A stretch of 64,000 nt of DNA, from NCBI GenBank assembly GCA_963842695.1, contig CAWJHK010000006.1, positions 344,391-408,390 on the forward strand. Reading direction: 5' to 3'. Origin of the DNA: an uncultured Chloroflexia bacterium (GTDB taxonomy: Bacteria > Chloroflexota > Limnocylindria > Limnocylindrales > CSP1-4). The notes under the pieces are model-generated. The model saw only the letters and a program-made list of their open reading frames with translations. It did no database searches and was not told where the DNA came from. Below are positions 30,133 through 39,699 of the stretch, one piece after another; position 1 is the stretch's first letter, and each line of letters opens with the position of its first letter. Both the position numbers and the translations under genes were made by a program.

Positions 30133-30428
30133 GCACGATCGACGTCCGCTGCGAGGCGGCGGGCGACGGCTGGCAGTGCCGCGCGACCGTCACGGACGAT
30201 CGGGGCTCGTCGGTCCACGTCGTACGGGTCCCGGGCGCCGGTGCGCTCCCCGTCGCGGTCGGGCCCGACCCAGGTCCATCCGATATCGAGCGCCTCGTCC
30301 GCGAGACGTTCACGTTCCTGCTCGAGCGCGAGCCGCGGACCTCGATCCTGGCCCGCTTCGATCTTCCCGTGGTCGAGCGCTACTTTCCCGAGTACCCGGA
30401 CGAGATCCAGCGGCGACTGTCGCGCTGA
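30129..30428 (+). CDS. hypothetical small protein (99 aa) coupled to nei
   Basis: GTG 30129 overlaps the nei TGA (GTGA). The product is VSTIDVRCEAAGDGWQCRATVTDDRGSSVHVVRV...FLLEREPRTSILARFDLPVVERYFPEYPDEIQRRLSR. I recognise no family. Confidence 0.45.
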   Translation: MSTIDVRCEAAGDGWQCRATVTDDRGSSVHVVRVPGAGALPVAVGPDPGPSDIERLVRETFTFLLEREPRTSILARFDLPVVERYFPEYPDEIQRRLSR

Positions 30429-30453
30429 GCGGGCGCCGCCGGGGCGTGACGGC

Positions 30454-31398
30454 TCAGTCAAACATGCCCAGCGGACAATGGGCGGTGACGATGACGTTGG
30501 GCATGTCGACGATCTCGCTGATCCGCAGATCGACCGCCACGCTGCAGAGCAGGTAGGCCTCCACCGCCGCGAGACCGTGCTCACGCCCGAGCCAGTCGAT
30601 CATCCGTCGCGTCGCGTCGCGGGCGGCGGTCATCAGGTCGGGCCCGACGCCATCGGTGGCATAGCGGGGTCCCGATCGGAGCGTGGAATTGGGGTCGGCG
30701 GCGGCCACGAACTCGGGGGCCGTGACGTGCAGATCCTTGCGGACGGTCAGCCGCACGACCGCCTTCATCGGCGTCTCGATGGCGGTCCCGCAGACCTCGC
30801 CGTCGCCCTGTGTCGCGTGGCCGTCACCGATCGAGAACCGGGCGCCCGGCACGAAGACGGGGAGGAACAGGGTCGAGCCGACGACGATGTGGCGGGTGTC
30901 CATGTTGCCGCCGTGGACGTCGGGCGGGATCGTGCTCAGCGGCCCCGCCCGTGGCGCGACGCCCATCTCCCCGCAGAACGGCGCGAGTGGGACGTAGATC
31001 CCGGGCCAGAACTCGGTCACGCCAGACCGCCCGGGCACCGGTGTGACCTTGTACAACGGGTCGGGGAAGTCGTCGGCCAGCAGCCCGAAGCCGGGGATGT
31101 TGGCCGTCCATCCCCAGTCCGCCGGCTCCAGGTCGACGACGTCGACCTGGAGGGTATCGCCCGGCTCCGCTCCGGCGACCTCGACCGGCCCGGTGACCTG
31201 GTCGACACGCTCGAAGTCGAGCGTCTCCAGGTCGGCGGTCGTGGACTCCGCCGTCAGCTGGCCGTTCGACGCGTCGAGGCAATCGAAGGCGACCAGCTCC
31301 CCGGAGGCCACGGCCGCCACGGGCGGGATGGCCGGGTCCCAGGCCAGGTGGTTCTGCTCCCGCCCGACGTGGATCGACGGCGTGTCGTTGATCGGCAT
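30454..31398 (-). CDS. acetamidase/formamidase-family amidase
   Basis: The product reads MPINDTPSIHVGREQNHLAWD...GPVEVAGAEPGDTLQVDV...HGGNMDTR...FSIGDGHATQGDGEVCGTAIE... The frame is intact. Confidence 0.8.
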   Translation of the reverse strand: MPINDTPSIHVGREQNHLAWDPAIPPVAAVASGELVAFDCLDASNGQLTAESTTADLETLDFERVDQVTGPVEVAGAEPGDTLQVDVVDLEPADWGWTANIPGFGLLADDFPDPLYKVTPVPGRSGVTEFWPGIYVPLAPFCGEMGVAPRAGPLSTIPPDVHGGNMDTRHIVVGSTLFLPVFVPGARFSIGDGHATQGDGEVCGTAIETPMKAVVRLTVRKDLHVTAPEFVAAADPNSTLRSGPRYATDGVGPDLMTAARDATRRMIDWLGREHGLAAVEAYLLCSVAVDLRISEIVDMPNVIVTAHCPLGMFD

Positions 31399-31400
31399 GA

Positions 31401-32912
31401 TCAGGCGGTCGGGGCCGCAGCGACCGCCGGCTCGTCGGGCTCGTCCGTCTCGCCCATCGCCTCCCGGACCGAGCGGAGCTTGTCGCGCTCCCGGGCCCAG
31501 TAGTACAGGCCGATGACGATCCCGATCAGCATCCAGACCCCGACCAGCGGCGGCACGTACGAGTAGGGCTCGCCGAGCGGCGCCAGCTCTGAGGTCGAGG
31601 ATCGGCAGCGTGACGCCACCGAGGACGCCGAAGAATGCCGGGATCATCAGGATGAACCCGATGATCGGCACGACCAGGTGCTTGAGCCAGCTGAACTCGT
31701 CCCGCTGCTCGCGCCAGAAGTAGCCGATGGTCGGCGAGGTTCACCGCCATGTACATCGCCGGCGAACGAGAGACCGATCGCGTAGCCGATCGTGACGTAC
31801 GTGTTGAGCGGCCCCGGCATGTCCGGGTACTGGTTGCCGAGGAACAGGCTGAGACCGACGGCGATGACGATCCCGATGATCGCCTGCAGGTGGATGGCAG
31901 TCGCCGGCGTCCGGTGCTCGGGGTGGACCGTGCCGAACACCGGCGGGATGAGCCGCGAGCGCCCCAGCGCGAAGACCGAGCGCGTCGATGCGTTCGCTCC
32001 GGCGTTGGCGTTGGCCAGACAGCTGTTGATGATCGCGATCGTGACCAGGTAGCTGCCGATGCCGGGCAGCACCTCCTCGGCCATGCCGCCCCACGGGTTG
32101 CCGTCGTTCGCGGCGAAGAAGTCCTTCATCTTGTCCGGACCGAAGTAGACGGTCGCGGCGTAGTAGCAGAACACGTAGAAGATCCCGATCAGGATCGCCG
32201 ACCAGACGATCGCCCGACGGGTGTTGCGCTTCGGGTCGCGCGTCTCCTCGGCAAGCGGCGCCGCGCCTCGAAGCCGACGAAGGCGAGCAGGCAGAAGACC
32301 ATGCCCTGGAGGGCCGGCTGGATGCCGCCGTCACCGGGGATGAACACCGACGCGGTGTTGCGGCTGCCCGCGTTGATCACCAGCAGCGCCGAGACGAACG
32401 ACCATGATCGCGATCTCGATCAGCCCGAGGGCCACGCCGACGCGCGTCGAGATCGAGATGCCGCGATAGGTCAGGTACCAGACGATGCCGGCACACAACA
32501 GGGTCAGCGGGACCCACAGGTATTCCTGCTCGTAGCCGGTCAGCTCGGTGATGAACGCAGCGCCGAAGAAGCCGAACGCCCCGAACAGGACGGCCGGAAC
32601 GACGATCGACGCGAGCAGGAACGCCCACGCCAGCAGCCAGCCGGCATACGAGCCGAGGCCCCGCCCGACGTAGGTGTACATCCCGCCGGCCGACGGCAGG
32701 TGTCGGGCGAGCTCGCCCATCGAGAACGCGGTGAACAGCACGGCGATCAGCGCGAGCAGCACCGCGAGCGGCGTGAGCCCCAGCGCGAGCGTCGTCGCGA
32801 AGCCGATCGACAGGGCGACGGCGACTGCCGGCGCCATGAACGTGATCGACTGGAACAGGACCTCGGTCAGACCGATCGCATTCCGTTCCAGACCCTGGTC
32901 ACGCGCGGCCAT
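31401..32912 (-). pseudogene. APC-superfamily amino-acid/amide permease; at least 5 frame breaks
   Basis: The N-terminus is MAARDQGLERNAIGLTEVLFQSITFMAPAVAV...GGMYTYVGRGLG... Further transmembrane segments are scattered over all three minus frames, including ...INAGSRNTASVF..., ...FCYYAATVYFGP... and ...VPIIGFILMIPAFFG... The C-terminus is ...WARERDKLRSVREAMGETDEP. The stop lies 2 nt before the formamidase ATG. Confidence 0.75.
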
Positions 32913-33027
32913 CCGATCCTCCCTTCGACCCGCGCCGATCGGTAGGACCCCCCGCCTGCGACGGATCAGGACGCAGTCTATGCAGCCGGACGCCCCGGGG
33001 GAAGAGGGGGTGGTCACGATCGACGCG

Positions 33028-33033
33028 TATGAT
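33028..33033 (+). promoter_or_regulatory. -10 box TATGAT, 8 nt before ATG 33042 (leaderless candidate)
   Basis: The sequence is gcgTATGATcggccgcgATG. Confidence 0.4.
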
Positions 33034-33041
33034 CGGCCGCG

Positions 33042-33760
33042 ATGTGCGAGCACTTCGTGGCGCGGTCGGCCGCGCTCGTTCCGGCTCGACGTGCTGTGGC
33101 CGTTCACCGAGCGGCTGGAGCGCTTCGGGATCGCCGGCTTCGGCTGGGGAGCCTCCTGGCTCGGCCCGGACGGCCGGCTCGCCTCGTACCGCGACCTGCG
33201 AGCGTTCCGTGACGATCCCGGACGGGAGGATGTCGGGCCCGATCGAGACGACGGCCGCCCTCGTCCATCTCCGCCGTCCGTCGCGCCTCTCGACGCTGAC
33301 GGTGCCGGACACGCAGCCGTTCGACGACCCGGCCGGGCGCTATGCCTTCAGCCACAACGGCGACCTGCGCGATTACCGATCGCTCAGGACCGCGTACCGG
33401 GCTGCGGGCCGCATCCACGGCAGGGCCGACACGGAGGTCGGGGCGCGCTGGCTCGAGGACGCGTGGAGGGAGGACCTGCCGGTCGGCGAGCTGCTCTGCT
33501 CACTCCACGAGCGGTTCGGCGGCCAGGCGAACCTGGCCGTGCTGACCGCCGACGGGACGCCGTATCACTACGCAGGGAACGGGGAGAACCCGGTCTTCGC
33601 CTTCCGGCTCGACGGCATCGGGATCGCGTCGACCGGGATCTACTCCCTCGATCGGTCGCTCTTCCGCTACGTCGTTCCCGGCGCCCGGGAGCGACATGTC
33701 GTCCCGCTGCGGACGACCGTCACGCTCGACCGTAACGGGAACCGATCAGCCGCGTCATAG
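33042..33760 (+). pseudogene. class-II (Ntn) glutamine amidotransferase, YafJ-like; 2 frame breaks
   Basis: The N-terminus MCEHFVARSAA... carries the Cys2 nucleophile. The protein continues with FRLDVLWPFTERLERFGIAGFGWGASWL..., then ...TAALVHLRRPS...PDTQPFDD...FSHNGDL... The breaks are near 33078 and 33240. Confidence 0.75.
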
Positions 33761-33800
33761 GATGTGGCGGCGGCGCCCAGCCGCCAGGGAGAGGGGTCCC

Positions 33801-35141
33801 ATGGCGTTCGACCCGACCGCGGTGGTCACGACCGACGACGACAGCCCGACCGTCACTCTGTCGCTCGCCAGCCTGCTGCGCCTGTCGGTCTACTGGCTCG
33901 GCCTGGTGGCCGTTTTCTCGGGGATCGGGATCATCCTCCAGGAGCGTGCCAAGACGCTCATCCCCGACGAGAGCATGCGCTTCACCACCGTCGGGCTCGT
34001 CCAGCTGGCCGGGGTCGTCGTCGCGGTCCTGGTCCAGCCGACGGTCGGCTCGATCAGCGACTACACCGTCTCGCGCTTCGGGCGGCGCAAGCCCTACGTC
34101 CTGATCGGGACGCTGCTCGATGTCGTCTTCCTGATCGGCCTCGCGACCTCGAACACGCTGCTCATGGTGGCGGCCTTCGTGCTGCTGCTGCAGTTCTCCT
34201 CGAACTTCGCGCAGGGTCCGTTCCAGGGCTATGTCCCGGACCTCGTCCCGCCACAGCAGGTCGGGATCGCCAGCGGCATGGTCGGCCTGTTCCAGGTCCT
34301 CGGCGTGGTGACCGGCACCGCGCTGGCCACTCTCGGGACGCGGACCGGCGATTTCACGGTCCCGACGATCATGCTCGGCGTCATCGAGCTGGTCACGATG
34401 CTCTCGCTGTTCTTCCGGCTCGAGGAGGGCCGCCGGGCGCGCGATCGGCACGGCCGCAGCTGGCGGTCGATCGCGACCGAGGCGTGGGGCACCGACATCC
34501 TCGCCGAGCGGAGCTTCGTCTTCCTGGTCTGGTCGCGCTTCTTCATCCTCGGCGGGAGCGCCTTTCTGATCGTCCTGTCCGTGCCGTACCTCGAGCGGGC
34601 CCTCGGCCTGACCGATCCCGGCGCGCGAGCCGACTGGCTGCTCGGCGTGACGGTCGTCGTCGCGGCGTGTACCGCCCTCGCGACCCTGCCGGCTGCCCGC
34701 CTGTCGAACCGCGTCGGCCGGAAGCCCGTGATCTACGCCGCCTGCGCGATGGGCGCCGCCGGGATGACGATCTGTGCCCTCGCCCCCATCGCGCCGGTCC
34801 TCGTCGTCGGCGCGGTCCTGGTCGGTGTCGGCGGTGGCAGCTTCCTCGCCGTCGACTGGGCGCTGATGACCGACATCATCCCGAAGGCCTCGTCCGGCCG
34901 GTACATGGGCATCTCGAACGTGGCCACTGCGACCAACGGCGTGGTCGCCGGGTTCATCGGCGGGGTGATCGTCGACCAGCTCGCGAAGGCCGGCAATCCC
35001 GCGCTCGGCCCACGGCTCGCCTTCCTCGTGGCACCGTTCTGGTTCCTGGTCGGCGCCCTGCTCCTTCGGCCGGTCCGCGAAGGTCGCCGCGAGGACACAC
35101 CGGCACTCGAGGTCGCGCTCAGTGCGCCGCCGGCCGCCTGA
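33801..35141 (+). CDS. MFS transporter
   Basis: The product starts MAFDPTAVV... It has about 12 hydrophobic segments and the motif ...GSISDYTVSRFGRRKPYVLIG... The frame is intact. Confidence 0.8.
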   Translation: MAFDPTAVVTTDDDSPTVTLSLASLLRLSVYWLGLVAVFSGIGIILQERAKTLIPDESMRFTTVGLVQLAGVVVAVLVQPTVGSISDYTVSRFGRRKPYVLIGTLLDVVFLIGLATSNTLLMVAAFVLLLQFSSNFAQGPFQGYVPDLVPPQQVGIASGMVGLFQVLGVVTGTALATLGTRTGDFTVPTIMLGVIELVTMLSLFFRLEEGRRARDRHGRSWRSIATEAWGTDILAERSFVFLVWSRFFILGGSAFLIVLSVPYLERALGLTDPGARADWLLGVTVVVAACTALATLPAARLSNRVGRKPVIYAACAMGAAGMTICALAPIAPVLVVGAVLVGVGGGSFLAVDWALMTDIIPKASSGRYMGISNVATATNGVVAGFIGGVIVDQLAKAGNPALGPRLAFLVAPFWFLVGALLLRPVREGRREDTPALEVALSAPPAA

Positions 35142-36060
35142 GCATCGCGCCCGCCTGCTGTCGGGCGGCGCCCCCCCACGCTCGCCACGTCGCCGGCCGG
35201 AACACGTCGAGTGGGTCCGCGCGGCGGTAGAACCACGGGACGGCGGCCCACAGGAAGACGAGGTAGTCGAGACGGACCGGTCGGGCGCCGAAGCCGAACA
35301 GCGCCTGGAACTGCAGGATCGTCAGCGGCAGGGTCAGCAGGCTGAGCCCGACCGAGACGGCCAGCCAGAAGAGGCCCCAGCGCTTCGCCGCACCGGGCAG
35401 GATCGGCCAGAAGACGGCCGGCACCCACTTCATCCAGGTCGCCAGGGCCCACAGCAGGCCGCCCAGCCGCGGACCGGTGAACTGCGCGGCCCACAGCATC
35501 AGCGTCAGCTGGAGGTTGATGTTGCCGGTATCGAGGTTGGCGGCGAAGGGGAACGCCAGCACCGCCACGATGACGGCAGTCGTCAGCGGCCGGCGACGGT
35601 AGGCCCAATGGATCGTCCAGAGCAGCAGGAGGATCGTACCGACCCGCCATACGAACCACGCCACGTCCCACGGCAGCAGCGCCCATGGCGCGAACAGCGG
35701 CAGCATCCAGGGCGCATAGACGTATGGCAGGAACGGCCCGGTCGGGTGGTATGGGTCGCCGCCGTTGACCCAGATGCGGACGCCGGCCCAGTACGCCCGG
35801 GCATCGGCGCCGCCGGCGTCGCCCCGGGCGATGAGCCCGGACAGGATCAGCGCGAAGGTCAGGCTCAGCAGCAGCACGGCTGCGATCCGGCGTGGATCGC
35901 GCAGGCGCGACGCTTCTCGTCGCAGCGCCCGACGGAAGACGCCGGCCCGGCGACGGGTCGGCCGGTCGAGCAGATCGGCGAGGTCGACGACGATCCGGCC
36001 GCGTCCTCGCGCCGTCCCGGGGACCGGTCGCAGGCCGGGGGGCGGCGCCGAGTCGCTCAT
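35119..36060 (-). CDS. polytopic membrane protein, DUF2029 / GT87-like glycosyltransferase
   Basis: The product starts MSDSAPPPGL... and reads ...YWAGVRIWVNGGDPYHPTGPFLPYVYAPWMLPLFAPWALLPW... It has multiple transmembrane helices. The family call is from memory of the motif pattern. Confidence 0.5.
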   Translation of the reverse strand: MSDSAPPPGLRPVPGTARGRGRIVVDLADLLDRPTRRRAGVFRRALRREASRLRDPRRIAAVLLLSLTFALILSGLIARGDAGGADARAYWAGVRIWVNGGDPYHPTGPFLPYVYAPWMLPLFAPWALLPWDVAWFVWRVGTILLLLWTIHWAYRRRPLTTAVIVAVLAFPFAANLDTGNINLQLTLMLWAAQFTGPRLGGLLWALATWMKWVPAVFWPILPGAAKRWGLFWLAVSVGLSLLTLPLTILQFQALFGFGARPVRLDYLVFLWAAVPWFYRRADPLDVFRPATWRAWGGAARQQAGAMLRRPAAH

Positions 36061-36129
36061 CGTCCGGCATTCTCCCATGCGCCGTCACGCGTCCATCGGA
36101 CCGTGGTCGGGTGCGAACGTTTCCATTCT

Positions 36130-36145
36130 GGTGCGTGGGCGCACC
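36130..36145. promoter_or_regulatory. inverted repeat GGTGCG-tggg-CGCACC (candidate operator)
   Basis: It lies in the 230-bp divergent region between the GT87-like gene and the secreted paralogs. The flanks resemble the 17216 copy (ttcaYTnt GGTGCG N4 CGCACC GA). Confidence 0.45.
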
Positions 36146-36290
36146 GATCGCAGTTCTGGGGATTGCCCACACCATCGGCCGAGCGCACACTCAGGGGGCG
36201 TGCAGGGACCGTCACCAGCATCGACTGGCGGCGGCGAGCCAACGGCCGGTTCTCCGTGGGGACCATGTGGAGAGCACCGTGGAGGGTGGC

Positions 36291-37151
36291 ATGAAACGCA
36301 TCTTGATCGTGGGCGTCGTTGCCCTGTTCACCTTCGGGTTCGCCGGGACCGCGCTGGCGGCAGCGCCCGGCAACGACGACATCGGCAGCCCGACCGTCGT
36401 CGACGTCCTGCCGTATTCGGATGGTCCTCACGACACGACCGAGGCCACGACCGGCGCGACGGATCCAACCGGATGCATCACCGATACGCCGGACCGGTCG
36501 ACGGTCTGGTACGAGTTCACGCCGGTCTCGAACGAGCGGTACGCCGCCGACACGTTCGGCAGCGACTACGACACGACGCTCTACGTCGGCACGCCGAACG
36601 GCTCCGACGGCATCGACGTCATCGCTTGCAGCGACGACGCGGGAGGCGACCTGCAGTCCGCGGTCGGCTGGGAAGCCGAGGGTGGCCAGACGTACCTGCT
36701 CATGATCGGGACCTGTTGCGGTGGCGGCGTGGTCGGCGAGGCAGGCGAAGGCGGCTCGCTCGTCTTCCATCTCGATCTCGCCCCGCCGCCGCCCACCATC
36801 GACCTGACGGTCGACGCACGCGGCTCCTTCACCAAGGCGGGCAGCGCGATCATCCGGGGCACCATCGCCTGCACCGGGACGATCGAGGGCGACGTCACGG
36901 TCCAGGACACGACCGGTGGGATGATCTCGGTCCAGGCCAGCCAGCGCGTCGGGCGGCGGTTCATCACTGGCGACGGCTCGGGGTTCGAGGGCCCGTGCAC
37001 CTCGACACCGACCGCCTGGTCGATCGAGGTCATCGGCCAGAACGGGAAATTCGCCGGCGGATCGGTCCATGTGGACGCGTTCGCGAATGGCTGCGGTCCG
37101 ATCGAGTGCACCGAGGCGGCGGTCAGCCGGACCGTTCGCCTCGCGCACTGA
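36291..37151 (+). CDS. secreted protein, paralog A (PPC-like N-domain + Cys-containing C-domain)
   Basis: GGAGGGTGG lies before the ATG. The signal peptide is MKRILIVGVVALFTFGFAGTALAA. The N-domain reads NDDIGSPTVV..LPYSD...TTEATT...DP.GC...STVWYEFTP...DTFGSDYDTTLYVG. A PPPP linker follows. The C-domain is shared with the next gene. Confidence 0.75.
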   Translation: MKRILIVGVVALFTFGFAGTALAAAPGNDDIGSPTVVDVLPYSDGPHDTTEATTGATDPTGCITDTPDRSTVWYEFTPVSNERYAADTFGSDYDTTLYVGTPNGSDGIDVIACSDDAGGDLQSAVGWEAEGGQTYLLMIGTCCGGGVVGEAGEGGSLVFHLDLAPPPPTIDLTVDARGSFTKAGSAIIRGTIACTGTIEGDVTVQDTTGGMISVQASQRVGRRFITGDGSGFEGPCTSTPTAWSIEVIGQNGKFAGGSVHVDAFANGCGPIECTEAAVSRTVRLAH

Positions 37152-37209
37152 GCGTGCGATGGGCATGCAAGGCTCATCGAGCATTCGACATCACGAGGGG
37201 GTACGACAC

Positions 37210-38004
37210 ATGAAACGACTCGGATTCCTGTTCAGCCTCGTCTTCACCGCCAGCCTCGTCCTGGCGGCCCCGGTCCTCGCGGCGGTCCCATCGAACGACC
37301 TGCTCGCCGGGGCGACGCCTGTGACCCTCGGGTTCAGCGCATCACTTGACACCACCGAAGCGACGACCGACGCGGACGACGCCGACGCGAACGCCAACTG
37401 CGGAGCACCGGCGACCGACGCCAGCGTCTGGTACAGCCTCGTGGGAGGCGACACCGGTGTCGTCGTCGATGTCAGCAGCTCCGACTACAGCGCCGGGGTC
37501 ATCGTCGTGAGCGGCAGCCCCGGCAGCTTCGTGCTGGAGAACTGCGGGCCGGGCGCCACGCAGTTCTTCGCGGCATCTGGCGTCACGTACTCGATCCTCG
37601 CCTTCGACGACCAGCAGGACGGCTCCGGCAACGGCGGCACGCTGCAGATCAACGTTACCGACGTCCCGCCACCGCCGGACGTCGACGTCACGGTCGATCC
37701 GGTCGGGCACTTCAACAAGGACGGCACGGCGACCATCTCCGGCAGCGTGACGTGCTCCGGGGATGCATTCGACAACTTCATCGACGTCCAGGTCCGTCAG
37801 TCGGTCGGGCGGTTCATCGTCAACGGCTTCGGCTTCACGGACTTCCCGTGTGACGGTGCCACCCACGCCTGGAGCGCCCAGGTGTTCGGCGACAACGGCA
37901 CCTTCAAGGGCGGCCGGACGGCGTCGGTGACGACCGCCACGGCCTGCGGCAACTTCGACTGCGGCCAGGACTTCGAGGAGACCACCGTCAAGCTGCGCAA
38001 GTAA
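37210..38004 (+). CDS. secreted protein, paralog B
   Basis: The signal peptide is MKRLGFLFSLVFTASLVLAAPVLAA. The two-domain layout matches paralog A, with the same PPPP linker and a C-domain motif TVD..G.F.K.G.A.I.G...C.G....V.Q.VGR.FI.G.G......C....AWS..V.G.NG.F.GG. Confidence 0.75.
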   Translation: MKRLGFLFSLVFTASLVLAAPVLAAVPSNDLLAGATPVTLGFSASLDTTEATTDADDADANANCGAPATDASVWYSLVGGDTGVVVDVSSSDYSAGVIVVSGSPGSFVLENCGPGATQFFAASGVTYSILAFDDQQDGSGNGGTLQINVTDVPPPPDVDVTVDPVGHFNKDGTATISGSVTCSGDAFDNFIDVQVRQSVGRFIVNGFGFTDFPCDGATHAWSAQVFGDNGTFKGGRTASVTTATACGNFDCGQDFEETTVKLRK

Positions 38005-38013
38005 CGCGTGGGG

Positions 38014-38040
38014 CGGGCGGCGCCGTCGTGGCGCCGCCCG
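38014..38040 (+). terminator. GC-rich hairpin (11-bp stem, 5-nt loop) after the paralog pair
   Basis: The sequence is cGGGCGGCGCC-gtcgt-GGCGCCGCCCg, 10 nt after the stop. There is no U-tract, as is common for actinobacterial terminators. Confidence 0.45.
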
Positions 38041-38185
38041 TCGTCGCCCAGACTGCGTCCGTGCGTCCGGCGAGCCTGCCGATGCCCGAGTCGCCGACCA
38101 TCACGTCGCCGAGTCGCCTCGTGGACGCGAGTCCGAGTCCGTCTCCGCTATCCTCTCCCGAAGCCCGATTGGGAGTTGAGCGTCT

Positions 38186-39022
38186 GTGGCCGATGGAACC
38201 GTCATCATCATCGGCGGCGCGGAGGACAAGGTCCGCGACCGCGTGATCCTGAGCCGCTTCGTCTCGCTCGCCGGCGGCGAAGACGCGACGATCGCGGTGA
38301 TCAGCACCGCTTCGTCCCTCGGGCTCGAAGCCGGGGAACGGTACCGAGCCATCTTCGGCGAGCTCGGGGTCCGCAAGGTTCGGCCGCTCCACGCCGTGAC
38401 TCGCCCGCAGGCCAACGACGACGGCGCCGTCCGGGCGGTCCGCGACGCGACCGGCGTGTTCCTGACCGGAGGCAACCAGCTCCGGCTGTCCTCGACGATC
38501 GGCGGGACCCTGCTGGCCGACACCATCCTCGACCGATTCCAGCACGGCGCGGTCGTGGCCGGGACGTCGGCCGGAGCGTCGGCCATGTCGAGCCACATGA
38601 TCGCCTTCGGGGCGTCCGGAGCGACCCCGAAGCACCGGATGGCGCAGATCGCCGCCGGCCTCGGGGTCCTGCCCGGGGTCATCGTCGACCAGCACTTCCA
38701 GCAGCGGAACCGGCTCGGCCGGCTGCTCAGCCTGATCGCCCAGAACCCCAGCCTGCTCGGTCTCGGGGTCGACGAGGACACCGCCGGCGTGGTCGGCCCG
38801 GACCACGTGATGGAGGTCATCGGCCGAGGCTCGATCACCGTCGTCGATGGGGCTCGGTCGGAGACCGACGCCTGGGAGATCCACGGCCACCGCCCGTTGA
38901 TGATCAGCGGGGTGGTGCTCCACTCGCTGCCGTCGGGGTATCGCTTCGACCTGCGCCGGCGCGAACGTGTCGCGACGCCGACCCTTCATGCCCTCCCCGG
39001 CGGCGAGGCCGCCTCGAGCTAG
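38186..39022 (+). CDS. cphB: cyanophycinase (peptidase S51), no signal peptide
   Basis: The start is GTG. The product reads MADGTVIIIGGAEDK...FLTGGNQLRL...VAGTSAGASAM...GVIVDQHFQQRNRLGRLL...GLGVDEDT... TATCCT (38149-38154) and GGGAG lie upstream. Confidence 0.85.
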   Translation: MADGTVIIIGGAEDKVRDRVILSRFVSLAGGEDATIAVISTASSLGLEAGERYRAIFGELGVRKVRPLHAVTRPQANDDGAVRAVRDATGVFLTGGNQLRLSSTIGGTLLADTILDRFQHGAVVAGTSAGASAMSSHMIAFGASGATPKHRMAQIAAGLGVLPGVIVDQHFQQRNRLGRLLSLIAQNPSLLGLGVDEDTAGVVGPDHVMEVIGRGSITVVDGARSETDAWEIHGHRPLMISGVVLHSLPSGYRFDLRRRERVATPTLHALPGGEAASS

Positions 39023-39047
39023 GACGCCCCTCCGCAAACGCCGCGCC

Positions 39048-39547
39048 TTATCCGCCGCCGCCCATCGAGGTCGAGAGCGCGATCGACTGGGGCTTGAGGA
39101 GCGCGAGGTAGATCGGGCAGCGATCCCGCCACGCCGCGAGCATCGCCTCGACACGATCCTGCGGGGATGACGACGTGACCGGATGTCGAGCGCCAGGTCC
39201 GAGAGATCCGGGGCGGCGCCATCCAGGCCGAGCAGGCCCCGGGCGTCGGCCGAGCAGCGTGCGACCGCGGTGATGTCCTCGATCGTGACGTCGAACTGGG
39301 GCGCGAGGGTGTCGTTGAGGAACGCGACGCCACAGCCGGCCAGGGCACCAAGCAGGTACGCCGTCGGGCTCGGTGCGAGGTTCTCGCCGCCCAGGGCGAG
39401 CGGGAGGTCGGCGTCCCAGTTGAACGGGCCGGCCGACAGGCGCGCACGCCCATTGGCGAGGGTGGCGGTCACCGCCGGCGCGGATCGCGCCGACGCCGGG
39501 TCGGTCCGGAAGCGGGTCTCGGTCTCTGCCAGCACGGTCGCAGCCAT
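39048..39547 (-). pseudogene. OsmC-family peroxiredoxin-like protein; one frame break
   Basis: The product reads MAATVLAETETRF...GGENLAPSPTAYLLGALAGCGVAFL... and continues in another frame with ...VTSSSPQDRVEAMLAAWRDRCPIYLALLKPQ... The break is near 39185. Confidence 0.7.
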
Positions 39548-39699
39548 CTCCAGGTGCCTCCGTTGCGTGCCACCCGACGTGGGCGGCCGCAGCGACCGTA
39601 GACGGCGGACGCCCGGCGACGGAAGCGTGCCACCACCCAATCCGGGTCGCGTCGCGACGTCGCCGATGGCGGCCGGCACGTAGCCGCGCCGCACCTGCC

